This document shows, piece by piece, positions 24,893 through 36,789 of a DNA stretch of 64,000 nucleotides. Every line of letters starts with the position of its first letter. Within the stretch, counting starts at the first letter, position 1. A model generated the notes under the pieces. It was not told where the DNA came from. It saw nothing but the letters and a program-made list of their open reading frames with translations, and ran no database searches. A program made the position numbers and the translations under genes. The DNA is taken from assembly GCF_006345805.1 (NCBI RefSeq), contig NC_043021.1:18228001-18292000 (forward strand), in the 5' to 3' direction. This DNA comes from Octopus sinensis. Taxonomy: Eukaryota.

Positions 24893-24982
24893 TAATCAAC
24901 TTGCCCTGGTTCCTTCAAAACTGGCAGCCTTCTGCCAAATTAGTAAGAATTATTATTATTGTTGTTGTTATTGTAACCATGT

Positions 24983-25315
24983 GAAGGCACATGGCTCAGT
25001 GGTTAGAACATTGGGCTCACAATGAGGTAGTGAGTTTAATTCCCAGGCCTGGTTGTATGTTGTGTTCTTGAGCAAAGTGCTTTATTTCATGTTGCTCCTG
25101 TTCACTCAGCTGTAGAAATGAGTTGTGACATCACTGGTGCCAAGCTGTATCGACCTTTGCCTTTCCCTTGGACAACATCAGTGGCATGGAGAGGGGGAGG
25201 CTGGCATGCATGAGTGACTGCTGGTTTTCCATAAACAACCTTGCCCAGACTTGTGCCTCAGAGGGGCACTTTCTAGGTGCAATGCCATGGTCATTCATGA
25301 CCGAAGGGGACCTTT
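24983..25315 (+). mobile_element. SINE family C
   Basis: Homologous to 8961-9297. Related heads lie at 56865-57085 and 60622-60910. Confidence 0.85.
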
Positions 25316-25663
25316 ACTCTTGAGGTTGTACCAAATCTAGATACTTTTTGTTTTTGTCAAAATACCTTTTTGGGATTAACTGCTGTAAGCTACCACCAAT
25401 AAATCTATCCCATAGTTTCAGGGTGGGTGCTAATCTATTGATAGTGGATATCAATGTTAATTCACACCCACTGTAGTTATACACTGAGATTAATACCCAC
25501 CTGGTGTATGGATGTATAACTTCAATAGGAATTTAATATTAATATTGTGCAAGCAAAATATCCTAGATGGAAACTTCTTCATATAATAATCTGTCTGTCT
25601 GTCTCTCTTTTCCCCCTCTCTGTCACGCACACATACACACACACTTTAACTCACCCAGCACAA

Positions 25664-26045
25664 TCTTTATATATAAAAGAGAGGTTGTGTGCAGTCTGTC
25701 TCCTATGATTTAGATTCCTAACTACTCCCACATTTTGCGGTGCAACTATCTTATAGTCGTGATTCATATCGAGCCCTTCTGGGTATTAGCGCGCGTCTAC
25801 GATGAGTCTACGATTTCAAAAAGAATTTACCATCAATTTTTCCCATTTTTAATGCATTTTTGGCATATATAAGGGAAGTAACTCTCTAAAAATTTATTAT
25901 TAAATCTCAGAATGTAAAAAGCTACAGTAACCCCCCCTCCTTTGTGGTTAGCCATATTGAGATGGCTATTATACTTTACATCTCTAAAAATGCTTATATA
26001 GTTATTTCCCTTACAAACCCGAGCAACGCCGGGTGATACTGCTAG
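25664..26045 (+). mobile_element. Non-autonomous Helitron-type element
   Basis: 5' TC(TTTATATATAAAAG), subterminal hairpin CCCGAGCAACGCCGGG (26018-26033), 3' CTAG, inserted in an A|T site with no TSD. Confidence 0.85.
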
Positions 26046-26083
26046 TATGTTATAAAACTGTTTCCCATTTCTTGTTCCCCTAG

Positions 26084-26144
26084 TATCCAAGCAATGTTGA
26101 ACATCAACGGAATGGTATGTCGAGCTTTACAGAGTATTTCCCAG
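26084..26144 (+). CDS. BLTP2: BLTP2 exon (IQAMLNINGMVCRALQSISQ)
   Basis: ttcccctag / gtaagt, 61 nt, phase 2->0. Aligns to human LICEVSLCKINSKVLKSGQ. Confidence 0.85.
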
Positions 26145-26223
26145 GTAAGTAAGAACCAACTAAGTTGGTCATTTGTTACATCTTGTTATTTCATTACTGA
26201 TGAATAAATCATTGGTCCCTTAA

Positions 26224-26439
26224 CCCTTTCGTTACCGTATTTATTTTGAGATTCTCTGAGTTTCTTTCAATTAATTTTAAATACAACAAAGAATTTAGTA
26301 AAATAACTTAGTTATCATTCAGCTAGTGTTAGGAACATAAATTGTGACTAATGTTTAGTGGAAAATTTTAATTCAAAACTTATGAAAACAAAACATTTGT
26401 ACTACAGAGCCAGATTCAGCCGGATTGGTAACAAAAGAG
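26224..26439. mobile_element. piggyBac-type MITE family 2
   Basis: TTAA-CCCTTTCGTTACC ... GGTAACAAAAGAG-TTAA. A related, SINE-interrupted copy starts near 51413. Confidence 0.75.
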
Positions 26440-27031
26440 TTAACAGAATGATATTAAGAAACAACAGATTTCTTGGTTCTCATTCCACCCTAAACAGTGC
26501 CTCTATGACTGTTGTTTAGGGTTTCACTTCATAATTTCATGCCTTTAAATTTAATTTTACTGCATAACATGTCAGGCAATTGTCTCCTGCTAACCATAGC
26601 CTCAGGTTGATTAATATTGTGCAAGTAAAATATCCTAGGTGGAAACGCTTCATATATATGCAAGTGTGTGTGTCTGTGGAGAGAGAGAGAGAGAGAAGGA
26701 GAGGTCAGCTATGGTTCATAAAACAGAAAGAAAAGGAGCACTCGCTATACAAAACAGAAAATATTGCTTTATATAATGACCAAATGAACAAGCATACTAC
26801 GTAACTATTAATTTCATATAGGTCTAAGGAAAATTAGGCGAAACTAATAGTTATGTAATATATATGTTTATTCACACACACACACACACACAGATATATA
26901 TTTTCTGTTATGCTAAGAAGTGGTGCACAATACCAAAAGTCAAATATGACGAAGAACTCTAAATCATTGTCAGGGTATCTATTAAAGTGAACTCAAGACC
27001 AGCCAGTTTGAACTGGCATCAAGTCGTATTA

Positions 27032-27249
27032 GTTGTAATAAGGATGTCAAACCAAATAGTGATATTTTGAAATCATTTAATACATATAGGTGCAGGCGTG
27101 GCTGTGTGGTAAGAAGCTTGCTTCCCAACCACATGGCTCCAGGTTCAGTCCCACTGTGAGGCACCTTGCGCAAGTGTCTTCTGCTATAGCCTTGGGCCAA
27201 CCAAAGCCTTGTGAGCGGATTTGGTAGACGGAAACTGAGAGAAGCCTGT

Positions 27250-27285
<36 letters not shown>

Positions 27286-27698
27286 TATTTATGTGTCTTT
27301 GTGTCTGTGTTTGTCCCCACCACCATCACTTGACAACTGATGCTGGTATGTTTACGTCCCCATAACTTGCTGGTTCGGCAAAAGAACCGATAGAATAAGG
27401 CTTTTAAAAAAATAAGTTCTGGAGTTGATTTCTTTGACTGCAAGGTGGTGCTCTAGTATGGCCAGAGTCAAACACCTGAAGCAAATAAAAGAATATGCTT
27501 CAGGTTTGCCTAATATATGATTGGAAATACATCCATTACACAGACCTTCTTCAGTTGAAGCATTTCAAATTGCAAAATATTTTGAAATGCTTTAACTGGG
27601 GGAGGTCTATGTAATGGATGAATTTTACATTAGGCAGACATGTGAAGTATTAAATGATTTCAAAATATCGCTATTTGGTTTGACTTCATTGTTACAAC
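27032..27698. mobile_element. Palindromic (foldback) element interrupted by a SINE
   Basis: 27032-27085 plus 27497-27560 are the inverted complement of 27570-27698. A partial related copy lies at 39038-39200. Confidence 0.7.
27088..27492 (+). mobile_element. SINE family A (inside the palindromic element)
   Basis: Full-length, diverged copy. Confidence 0.88.
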
Positions 27699-28156
27699 CG
27701 TGTGTGTGTGTGTGTGTTACGAACAGATCTGGGGTACCAAACTGTTAATCTTTAATTAACAAAGTTAACATTTTCATTAACAATTTAACTTTTAAGTTAA
27801 CTTTGGAAATTATTATCGGACTAATTAACTTCTGTTACATTTAACTTCCATTACTTCAAGTCCACTTAAATTAACTTCCATTAACTCAAGTTGCTGTGAC
27901 GATCTTTAGACTCAAGAACCTGAAGTCCAAGCTTCGTCTACTGCAGCCTCTTGGTCAATGGGCTTTTGGCAGGTGTTGACAAAAGGTTTAGGACCCTCCT
28001 AGGAGATAAGGAATAATATCCACCCCAGGTTTCACCTCCTCTGGGTGGATAAGTATGACAACACCAAAGTTGCCAATGTGAGGATTGCCATGCTTTTATG
28101 TTCACGTCCACAGTCACACCGTCTCACTCTGGAATGTGTTTGACTTTCTCTCGCAG

Positions 28157-28240
28157 GAAGAAGATTCCCCGTGTTTGGCCGAAATTGCTATTGGAACCTA
28201 CTTCGATATATCTGTTGCAAGGAACCTCAAGTCTGTAAAG
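28157..28240 (+). CDS. BLTP2: BLTP2 exon (EEDSPCLAEIAIGTYFDISVARNLKSVK)
   Basis: ctctcgcag / gtaagg, 84 nt, phase 0->0. Matches the EDTCLVELSL motif. Confidence 0.9.
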
Positions 28241-28322
28241 GTAAGGGTTAAACTTGCATCATCATCATTATCACCATCATCACCACCATCGTCATCATCA
28301 CCACCATGACTGTTAGTATTAC

Positions 28323-28546
28323 CTATTTCTTTACTACCCACAAGGGGCTAAACACAGAGAGGACAGACAAATGGATTAAGTCGATTACATCGACCCCAGT
28401 GTGTAACTGGTACTTAATTTATCGACCCCGAAAGGATGAAAGGCAAAGTCGACCTCGGCGGAATTCGAACTCAGAACGTAGCGGCAGTTGAAATACCGCT
28501 GAGCATTTCGCCCGGCACGCTAACGTTTCTGCCAGCTCACCGCCTT
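28323..28546 (-). mobile_element. SINE family B
   Basis: Full-length copy. Confidence 0.88.
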
Positions 28547-29218
28547 AGTATTACCATCATCACTATGACTGCATGCATGATTATGATAATGTTCATCATC
28601 ATCATCATCATCATCACTTTATGTCTGCTTTTCTATGCTGGTATGAGTTAGAAAGGTTTTCTAAACATTCTACTATCAGCTGCTCCTTTTTGTCCCCAAT
28701 TCTTTCAGTTGTCTCTCATGACATGCAAGGACCTAAAACTGGGAGACATTCAATAATGCTGATCTGAGGTCGAAACTGAAATAATTACTAGTTGTTGTTG
28801 TTGTTTAGCCCTGGGTACTACATGTTCCAGTTATGACCATCCAGTATATTATTTAGACGTTGTATATCTAGGACTACAATATCTAATGTGTCCCTCCCTG
28901 TTGTTGTTGATTAATCCCAGGACAGTCGTGATCTAGCAGACAAAAGATTAAAGACATTTCAACCATCATCATTTTGTCTCTTTCTGATGCATAGTGTACC
29001 TGGGACTGCAATATCCAATGTGTCTGTTCTTGTTTTTGTTGTAGCAGTCAACTTTAAGATCCTTATGCAACAAAGCTGGTTTCACATATATAAAATTTCA
29101 GGTGTGACCAGAACCAGTAGACCTCAATTCAAAGGTGTTCCAACCGTGACCATCCCGTTTTACTCTGTAGGACCACTTTATTCAATATATCCACCTGTTT
29201 CTTTTTTTAAAAAATGGT

Positions 29219-29613
29219 AGGTGCAGGAGTGGCTGTGTGGTAAGTAGCTTGTTTACCAACCACATGGTTCCGGGTTCACTCCCACTGCGTGGCACCTTGG
29301 GCAAGTGTCTTCTACTATAGCCTCGGGCTGACCAAAGCCTTGTGAGTGGATTTGGTAGACGGAAACTGAAAGAAGCCCGTCGTATATATATATATATATA
29401 TGCGTTTGTGTGTGTCCCCCTAGTATTGCTTGACAACCGATGCTGGTGTGTTTATGTCCCCGTTACTTAGCGGTTCGGCAAAAGAGACCGATAGAATAAG
29501 TACTGGGCTTACCAAAGAATAAGTGCCGGGGTCGAGTTGCTCGATTAAAGGCGGTGCTCCAGCATGGCCGCAGTCAAATGACTGAAACAAGTAAAAGAGT
29601 AAGAGAGTAAGAG
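29219..29613 (+). mobile_element. SINE family A
   Basis: Full-length copy. Confidence 0.9.
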
Positions 29614-30169
29614 ATATAATCTGAGAGTGATTTGGCTACAATGTCTAGCAGGTCAAGCAAGCAAATAGTAGCTTCCCTCATCGGTTTCCAGAATGAAATA
29701 AACCTACATGGAAATGACCTGTCAGATATCTGCTGTCTGCTTTAAATCTTATTTCTGAACCATTTATGAAATGAAATGTCGAGGATGATAATTGTATCAA
29801 CCATTAAAGAGATTTATTACAACAGAATTTAACGAGATCCTTTAATGACAAAACTACTTTCAGTGTTCTGTTATGGTTTAATGGAATTTTATTGTATATC
29901 AAAGTCTCTTTTCTTCTGCAGCTGCATGTGAAAATGGTTGATGGTATTAAGCAATAAGTTTAATGCCAGGAGAAGCAGATTGTCAAAACCTGTCCGCACA
30001 CTTGTCTACAAAGCCAATTTGACAGCTATTTGATAATACAGGCGAAAATTAAGACTTTGCCGATGTTGTCATGCTTTACTAATTTTTCCATAAATCCATT
30101 TTCTGTGTGAGAAATTGGATTGCATTTGGCTTGAGGCAAAGAATGGAAATAATTCTACAATATAGCCTG

Positions 30170-33080
30170 ATGGTGGCAGTGTTGGTGGTGGTGATGATGA
30201 TGATGATGATGGTGGAGGGGGGGGTGAGAGTGGAGGTGATGAAGATAGTAATGATTGTGGTGGTGGTGATGGGGAGAGTGGAGGTGATGAAGGTAATAAT
30301 GATTGTGGTGGTGGTGGTGGTGGTGGTGGTGGGGAGAGTGGAGGTGATGAAGGTAGTAATGATTGTGATGGTGGTGGTGATGATGATGATGATAATGGTG
30401 GTGGTGAGAGTGGAGGTGATGAAGATAGTAATGATTGTGGTGGTGGTGGTGATGATGGTGGTGGTTATGATGGTGGTGGTGGGGAGAGTGGAGGTGATGA
30501 AGGTAGTAATGATTGTGATGGTGGTGGTGGTGATGATGATGATGATGATGGTGGTGGTGAGAGTGGAGGTGATGAAGATAGTAATGATTGTGGTGGTGGT
30601 GATGATGATGGTGGTGGTGGTGGTGGTTATGATGGTGGTGGTGGGAAGAGTGGAGGTGATGAAGGTAGTAATGATTGTGGTGGTGGTGGTTGTGATGATG
30701 ATGATGATGATGGAGGAGGGGGGGTGAGAGTGGAGGTGATGAAGATAGTAATGATTGTGGTGGTGGTGGTGATGATGATGGTGGTAGTGGTAGTGGTGGT
30801 TATGATGGTGGTGGTGGGGAGAGTGGAGGTGATGAAGGTAGTAATGATTGTGGTGGTGGTGGTGGTGATGATGATGGTGGTGGTGGTGGTGGTGGTGATG
30901 ATGATGGTGGTAGTGGTAGTGGTGGTTATGATGGTGGTGGTGGGGAGAGTGGAGGTGATGAAGGTAGTAATGATTGTGGTGGTGGTGGTGGTGATGATGA
31001 TGATGGTGGTAGTGGTGGTGGTGATGATGATGGTGGTGGTTATGATGGTGGTGGTGGGGAGAGTGGAGGTGATGAAGTAGTAATGATTGTGATGGTGGTG
31101 TGATGATGATGATGATGATGGTGGTGGTGAGAGTGGAGGTGATGAAGATAGTAATGATTGTGGTGGTGGTGATGATGATGGTGGTGGTGGTGGTGGTTAT
31201 GATGGTGGTGGTGGGAAGAGTGGAGGTGATGAAGGTAGTAATGATTGTGGTGGTGGTGGTGGTGGTGATGATGATGATGATGGAGGAGGGGTGTGAGAAT
31301 GGAGGTGATGAAGATAGTAATGATTGTGGTGGTGGTGGTGGTGGTGGTGATGATGATGGTGGTAGTGGTAGTGGTGGTTATGATGGTGGTGGTGGGGAGA
31401 GTGGAGGTGATGAAGGTAGTAATGATTGTGGTGGTGGTGGTGGTGGTGATGATGATGGTGGTAGTGGTGGTGGTGATGATGATGGTGGTAGTGGTGGTGG
31501 TGATGATGATGGTGGTAGTGGTGGTGGTGATGATGATGGTGGTAGTGGTAGTGGTGGTTATGGTGGTGGTGGGGAGAGTGGAGGTGATGAAGGTAGTAAT
31601 GATTGTGATGGTGGTGGTGGTGAGAGTGGAGGTTATGAAGGTAGTAATGATTGTGGTGATGATGGTGGTGGTGGTGGTTATGATGGTGGTGGTGGGGAGA
31701 GTGGAGGTGATGAAGGTAGTAATGATTGTGGTGATGATGGTGGTGGTGCTGGTTATGATGGTGGTGGTGGGGAGAGTGGAGGTGATGAAGGTAGTAATGA
31801 TTGTGGTGATGATGGTGGTGGTGGTGGTTATGATGGTGGTGGTGGGGAGAGTGGAGGTGATGAGTAGTAATGATTGTGGTGATGATGGTGGTGGTGGTGG
31901 GTTATGATGGTGGTGGTGGGGAGAGTGAGGTGATGAAGGTAGTAATGATGTGGTGATGATGGTGGTGGTGCTGGTTATGATGGTGGTGGTGGGGAGAGTG
32001 GAGGTGATGAAGGTAGTAATGATTGTGGTGGTGGTGATGATGATGGTGGTGGTGGTTATGATGGTGGTGGTGGGAAGAGTGGAGGTGATGAAGGTAGTAA
32101 TGATTGTGGTGGTGGTGATGATGATGATGATGATGATGGTGGTGGTGAGAGTGGAGGTGATGAAGGTAGTAATGATTGTGGTGGTGGTGATGATGATGGT
32201 GGTGGGGTGGTGGTTATGATGTGGTGGTGGGAAGAGTGGAGGTGATGAAGGGAGTAATGATTGTGGTGGTGGTGATGATGATGGTGGTGGTGGTGGTGGT
32301 TATGATGGTGGTGGTGGGAAGAGTGGAGGTGATGAAGGTAGTAATGATTGTGGTGGTGGTGATGATGATGGTGGTAGTGGTAGTGGTGGTTATGATGGTG
32401 GTGGTGGGGAGAGTGGAGGTGATGAAGGTAGTAATGATTGTGGTGGTGGTGATGATGATGGTGGTGGTGGTGGTGGTTATGATGGTGGTGGTGGGAAGAG
32501 TGGAGGTGATGAAGGTAGTAATGATTGTGGTGGTGGTGATGATGATGATGATGATGGTGGTGGGGAGAGTGGAGGTGATGAAGGTAGTAATGATTGTGGT
32601 GGTGGTGATGATGATGGTGGTGGTGGTGGTGGTTATGATGGTGGTGGTGGGAAGAGTGGAGGTGATGAAGGTAGTAATGATTGTGGTGGTGGTGGTGGTG
32701 GTGGTTATGATGGTGGTGGTGAGAGTGGAGGTGATGAAGGTAGTAATGATTGTGGTGGTGGTGATGATGATGGTGGTGGTGGTGGTGGTTATGATGGTGG
32801 TGGTGGGAAGAGTGGAGGTGATGAAGGTAGTAATGATTGTGGTGGTGGTGGTGGTGGTGGTTATGATGGTGGTGGGGAGAGTGGAGGTGATGAAGGTAGT
32901 AATGATTGTGGTGGTGGTGATGATGATGGTGGTGGTGGTGGTGGTTATGATGGTGGTGGTGGGAAGAGTGGAGGTGATGAAGGTAGTAATGATTGTGGTG
33001 GTGGTGGTGGTGGTGGTGGTTATGATGGTGGTGGTGGGGAGAGTGGAGGTGATGAAGGTAGTAATGATTGTGGTGGTGAC
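30170..33080. repeat. ~2.9-kb GGT/GAT compound minisatellite with higher-order structure
   Basis: About 60-90-bp monomers built around GAGTGGAGGTGATGAAGGTAGTAATGATTGTGGTGGT. The plus strand is nearly free of C. Confidence 0.97.
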
Positions 33081-34079
33081 GGTGGTGTTGGTGGTTTAAC
33101 TCCAGGTCAGTCCTGATGGAGTAAAACTACGCAAGTGGAAGCGGAGATGATGGTGGTCATAATGGTGATGATGATAGTGATGCTGGTGAAGGCAATGTTC
33201 AGGACAGTGGTAGTGGTGGAAGTGGCAATGGTAGTTGTAATGATGATGATGATGATGATAATGGTGGTGCTAGTGATGGGAACATAAAACTACTTGTTAT
33301 TGAAGTTACAAGACAGTCATATAAATTTCAATCAATTTCTTTCCCATATCAACAGTAATTGAACAATATTCAATTAAGGGGGTTGGTTTTTTTTTGTTTG
33401 TTTTTGTTTTATATTGCAAATAGAATTGATCACAGCAAATTGATAAAATGAACAAGAAGAATTGAAGACGAAAGAAATGGAAAGAGTAGCCATGTGGGTT
33501 GGAATCATTGCTGCTGTTGCTGCTGTTGTTGTTGTTGTTGTTATTGGTGGTGGTTGTGGTGGTGGGGAAAAGCCCCAGTCATCTTGGCTGGAGCAGAAGA
33601 CCTGTGACACTGAGGATATTTGATTGATTGTTTGTGTGAAAACGTACAACATAATTTATTTAACCATGTACAACCACATTGCATTCAGCTCACAAGCAAG
33701 ATGGTGGTGGTGGTGGTGGTGGTGGTGATGACGACGACGACGATGATAATGATGATGATGATTGCTCTTCGCTTTTGAATATTGTAAACTAACTTAAACC
33801 GATTGTAAACTTAAACATTAAAACCACATACTCCCTGCGCTCCTCTCTTTGTCGAACAATTCAACAAAGAAGCCTTTACAGGAATCCAGGACTTGCTAGA
33901 AATAACAGAAAATTTCCCACTTATCATACCTTATTATGTGAATAAAAAAATTTTTTTTTCCCCAGTTATATTTTACCCAGGACTACATCATCATCATCAT
34001 CAGTTAATGAAAAATTGACCTTTGATGATGACGCCGCCGCCACTGCCGATGTCGTAGTAGTAGTCCTGGATAAAATCTA

Positions 34080-34480
34080 ACTCTTTTACTCTTTTACTTG
34101 TTTCAGTCATTTGACTGCGGCCATGCTGGAGCACTGCATTTAGTCGAGCAAATCGACCCCGGGACTTGTTCTTTGTAAGCCCAGTACTTATCCTATCGGT
34201 CTCTTTTGCCGAACCGCTAAGCGACGGGGACGTAAACACACCAGCATCGGTTGTCAAGCAATGCTAGGGGGACAAACACAGACACTCAAACACATACACA
34301 CACACGCACATATATACGACGGGCTTCTTTCAGTTTCCGTCTACCAAATCCGCTCACAAGGCATTAGTTGGCCCGGGGCTATAGCAGAAAACACTTGCCC
34401 AAGGTGCCACGCAGTGGGACTGAACCCGGAACCATGTGGTTGGTAAACAAGCTACTTACCACACAGCCACTCCTGCGCCT
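34080..34480 (-). mobile_element. SINE family A
   Basis: Full-length copy. Confidence 0.9.
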
Positions 34481-34665
34481 ATGGACAAAACTGTGGACAA
34501 AAAAGGCAAAAAAGAAGGTAGGCTGGTCCAAATTGAATTATTTTTTGGTCATCAGTCTGCTTGGACGCATTTGACCAGAAACACCATCTGAAATTCTGTT
34601 AAACCTGACAATCATATTGTACAGAATGATTTTAGAGTCTCTTTAGAATTGTTGAGACATGTTAA

Positions 34666-35095
34666 CCCTTTCGTGTTCGCATTATTCTGCCAAAACTAAT
34701 GCTTTTTCATCCACATTGTTTTGAACTAAACATGCATCATCTTGTAGCTGTAAGATTTTGATGAGGTAGCGCGGGCATGGCTGTGTGGTTAGGGAGCTTG
34801 CTTCTTAACTACATAGTTTCGGGTTCAGTCCCACTGCGTGGCACTTTGGGTAGGTGTCTTCTGCTATAGCCCCGAGCCGACCGGAGCTTTGTGATTGAAT
34901 TCGGTAGGCGGAAGTTACTGCCGTGTGTGTATATGTGCTTGTAGGTGCTTGTGCCTCTCCGAAAGAGAGAGAGGGTAGCTGTTAATTTTAAAAACGATAT
35001 TGTAGGGTAGGTGTGAGAGACCAGATTTGGCCAGTTTGACCATAAAACAGGCAGAATACTTATGGCCGGATATGGCCGGTTTAAATGCTAGAGGA
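34666..35095 (+). mobile_element. piggyBac-type MITE family 1 with a nested partial SINE (about 34768-34975)
   Basis: TTAA flanks. The MITE body resumes after the SINE head. Confidence 0.75.
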
Positions 35096-35426
35096 TTAAA
35101 GGGGGATCACTGTCCTAGAAGCAATTCCTGGACACATCGGGCTGCAGCCTTATATAGGAATGGTCAGAGACTGGGTTTTAACAATGAGCAGCTCTTGGAG
35201 AACTGGACTCAGTAAAGTTTGTCTCTTTCTATGCATGTCTGTCTGCCTCTGTCTCTCTCCTTTCTCTCTCCATTTGTTTGTCTGTCTTTCTCCTTCATTC
35301 TATATATGTATTTGTTTGTCTTTTGTAATCTTTCTCTCTGTATATACCCCTCCCCACACACACACATGCATATACATATTCACAAATACACGACACCCTG
35401 ATTTATGCTGTACCTTTCTATTCCAG

Positions 35427-35472
35427 TCTGCTCGTATCCTGGTTAGTGAACCTCGTATGTTTATATCAGAAG
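35427..35472 (+). CDS. BLTP2: BLTP2 exon (SARILVSEPRMFISE-G)
   Basis: tttctattccag / gtatat, 46 nt, phase 0->1. Joins the next exon to give SEGFL, compare human HEGLF. Confidence 0.8.
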
Positions 35473-35562
35473 GTATATATAATTCTCTTATTCTCTTACT
35501 TGTTTCTCTATCGTTTGACTGAGGCCATGCTGGAGCACCACCTTTGAAATTACTTTATAAAC

Positions 35563-35763
35563 CAGTGCTTTTCAAACATTTTGCTGGAGCAGAACCCCAA
35601 GGAAACATTCCACTGGCTCAAGCAACCCCTGTGCAATAATTTAATAGTCTTATGCACACATATCTGCACAGGAGAATTAAAAATTACTGCTGATTTTAGC
35701 AGATTTGTAACTTCTTGCGGAACCCCTGGACTGTACTGGCGGAACCCTGGTTGAAAACCACTG
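35563..35763. mobile_element. hAT-type MITE, same family
   Basis: Same TIRs and body, with an 8-bp TSD TTATAAAC. Confidence 0.9.
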
Positions 35764-35972
35764 TTATAAACTATATCTATGCATAAAATATATCACATCT
35801 GCACCACTGTGCTCTCTCTCTCTATCTAGTGTTTCTACACTTTATTAATCAAGTTACATGACTGGTTCAGGATACATGTTAATCTGAGTAAAAAAAAAAA
35901 ACCAATTGGTCCTGAAACCAGTTATTGACTCACACGATCCCCTTAAAATTCTCGGGTACAACTGCAATATCA

Positions 35973-36199
35973 TACTCTCTCTTTTTACTCTTTTTACTTG
36001 TTTCAGTCATTTGACTGCGGCCATGCTGGAGCACCGCCTTTAATCGAGCAACTCGACCCCGGGACTTATTCTTTTGTAAGCCCAGTACTTATTCTATCGG
36101 TCTCTTTTCCCGAACCGCTAAGTAATGGGGACATAAACACACCAGCATCGGTTGTCAAGCAATGCTAGGGGGACAAACACAGACACACAAACACACATA

Positions 36200-36253
<54 letters not shown>

Positions 36254-36419
36254 TACGACAGGCTTCTTTCAGTTTCCGTCTACCAAATCCACTCACAAGG
36301 CTTTGGTTGGCTTGAGGCTATAGTAGAAGACACTTACCCAAGGTGCCACGCAGTGGGACTGAACCCGGAACCATGTGGTTGGTAAGCAAGCTACTTACCA
36401 CACAGCCACTCCTACGCCT
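35973..36419 (-). mobile_element. SINE family A
   Basis: Full-length copy. Confidence 0.9.
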
Positions 36420-36789
36420 TATTATTTATTCTATAGTCTTATTTGAACTGCACCTTTGAGCACACCTTGGTACAGATTGATTACATTCTGTGTTTTGTTT
36501 TGATATTTTTTCTTACATTGAAAGTATTCCACATAACGTGTGTGTATACACCAATGCTGGTTCTCTTCCTACTTCAATATAATCCTGTCCCCTACCATTA
36601 AATCTCTGGTTTTGTGTTTGTTACAATTTATCCATATTCTTCTTGTTGTTGTTTGCCAGGAACAATCATATTTCACTCAATTCTCTTTAGAAAGTGATGT
36701 CTTTCAAGATTACTTTTTATTGTTGTTATCAGCAAAGGACTTTTGAATATTTAAATATCCACCCTATGACCTGGAGTAGAAAAGAAGAT

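Noticed and set aside
30107-33099. Long Val/Met-rich ORFs resembling membrane proteins
   Set aside because: They are the GTG/ATG reading of the tandem array, with no complexity and frames broken by single-base slips.
33477-33623. 48-aa sORF with a hydrophobic stretch (MERVAMWVGIIAAVAAVVVVVVIGGG...)
   Set aside because: The hydrophobicity comes from GCT/GTT/GGT microsatellites, with no independent support.
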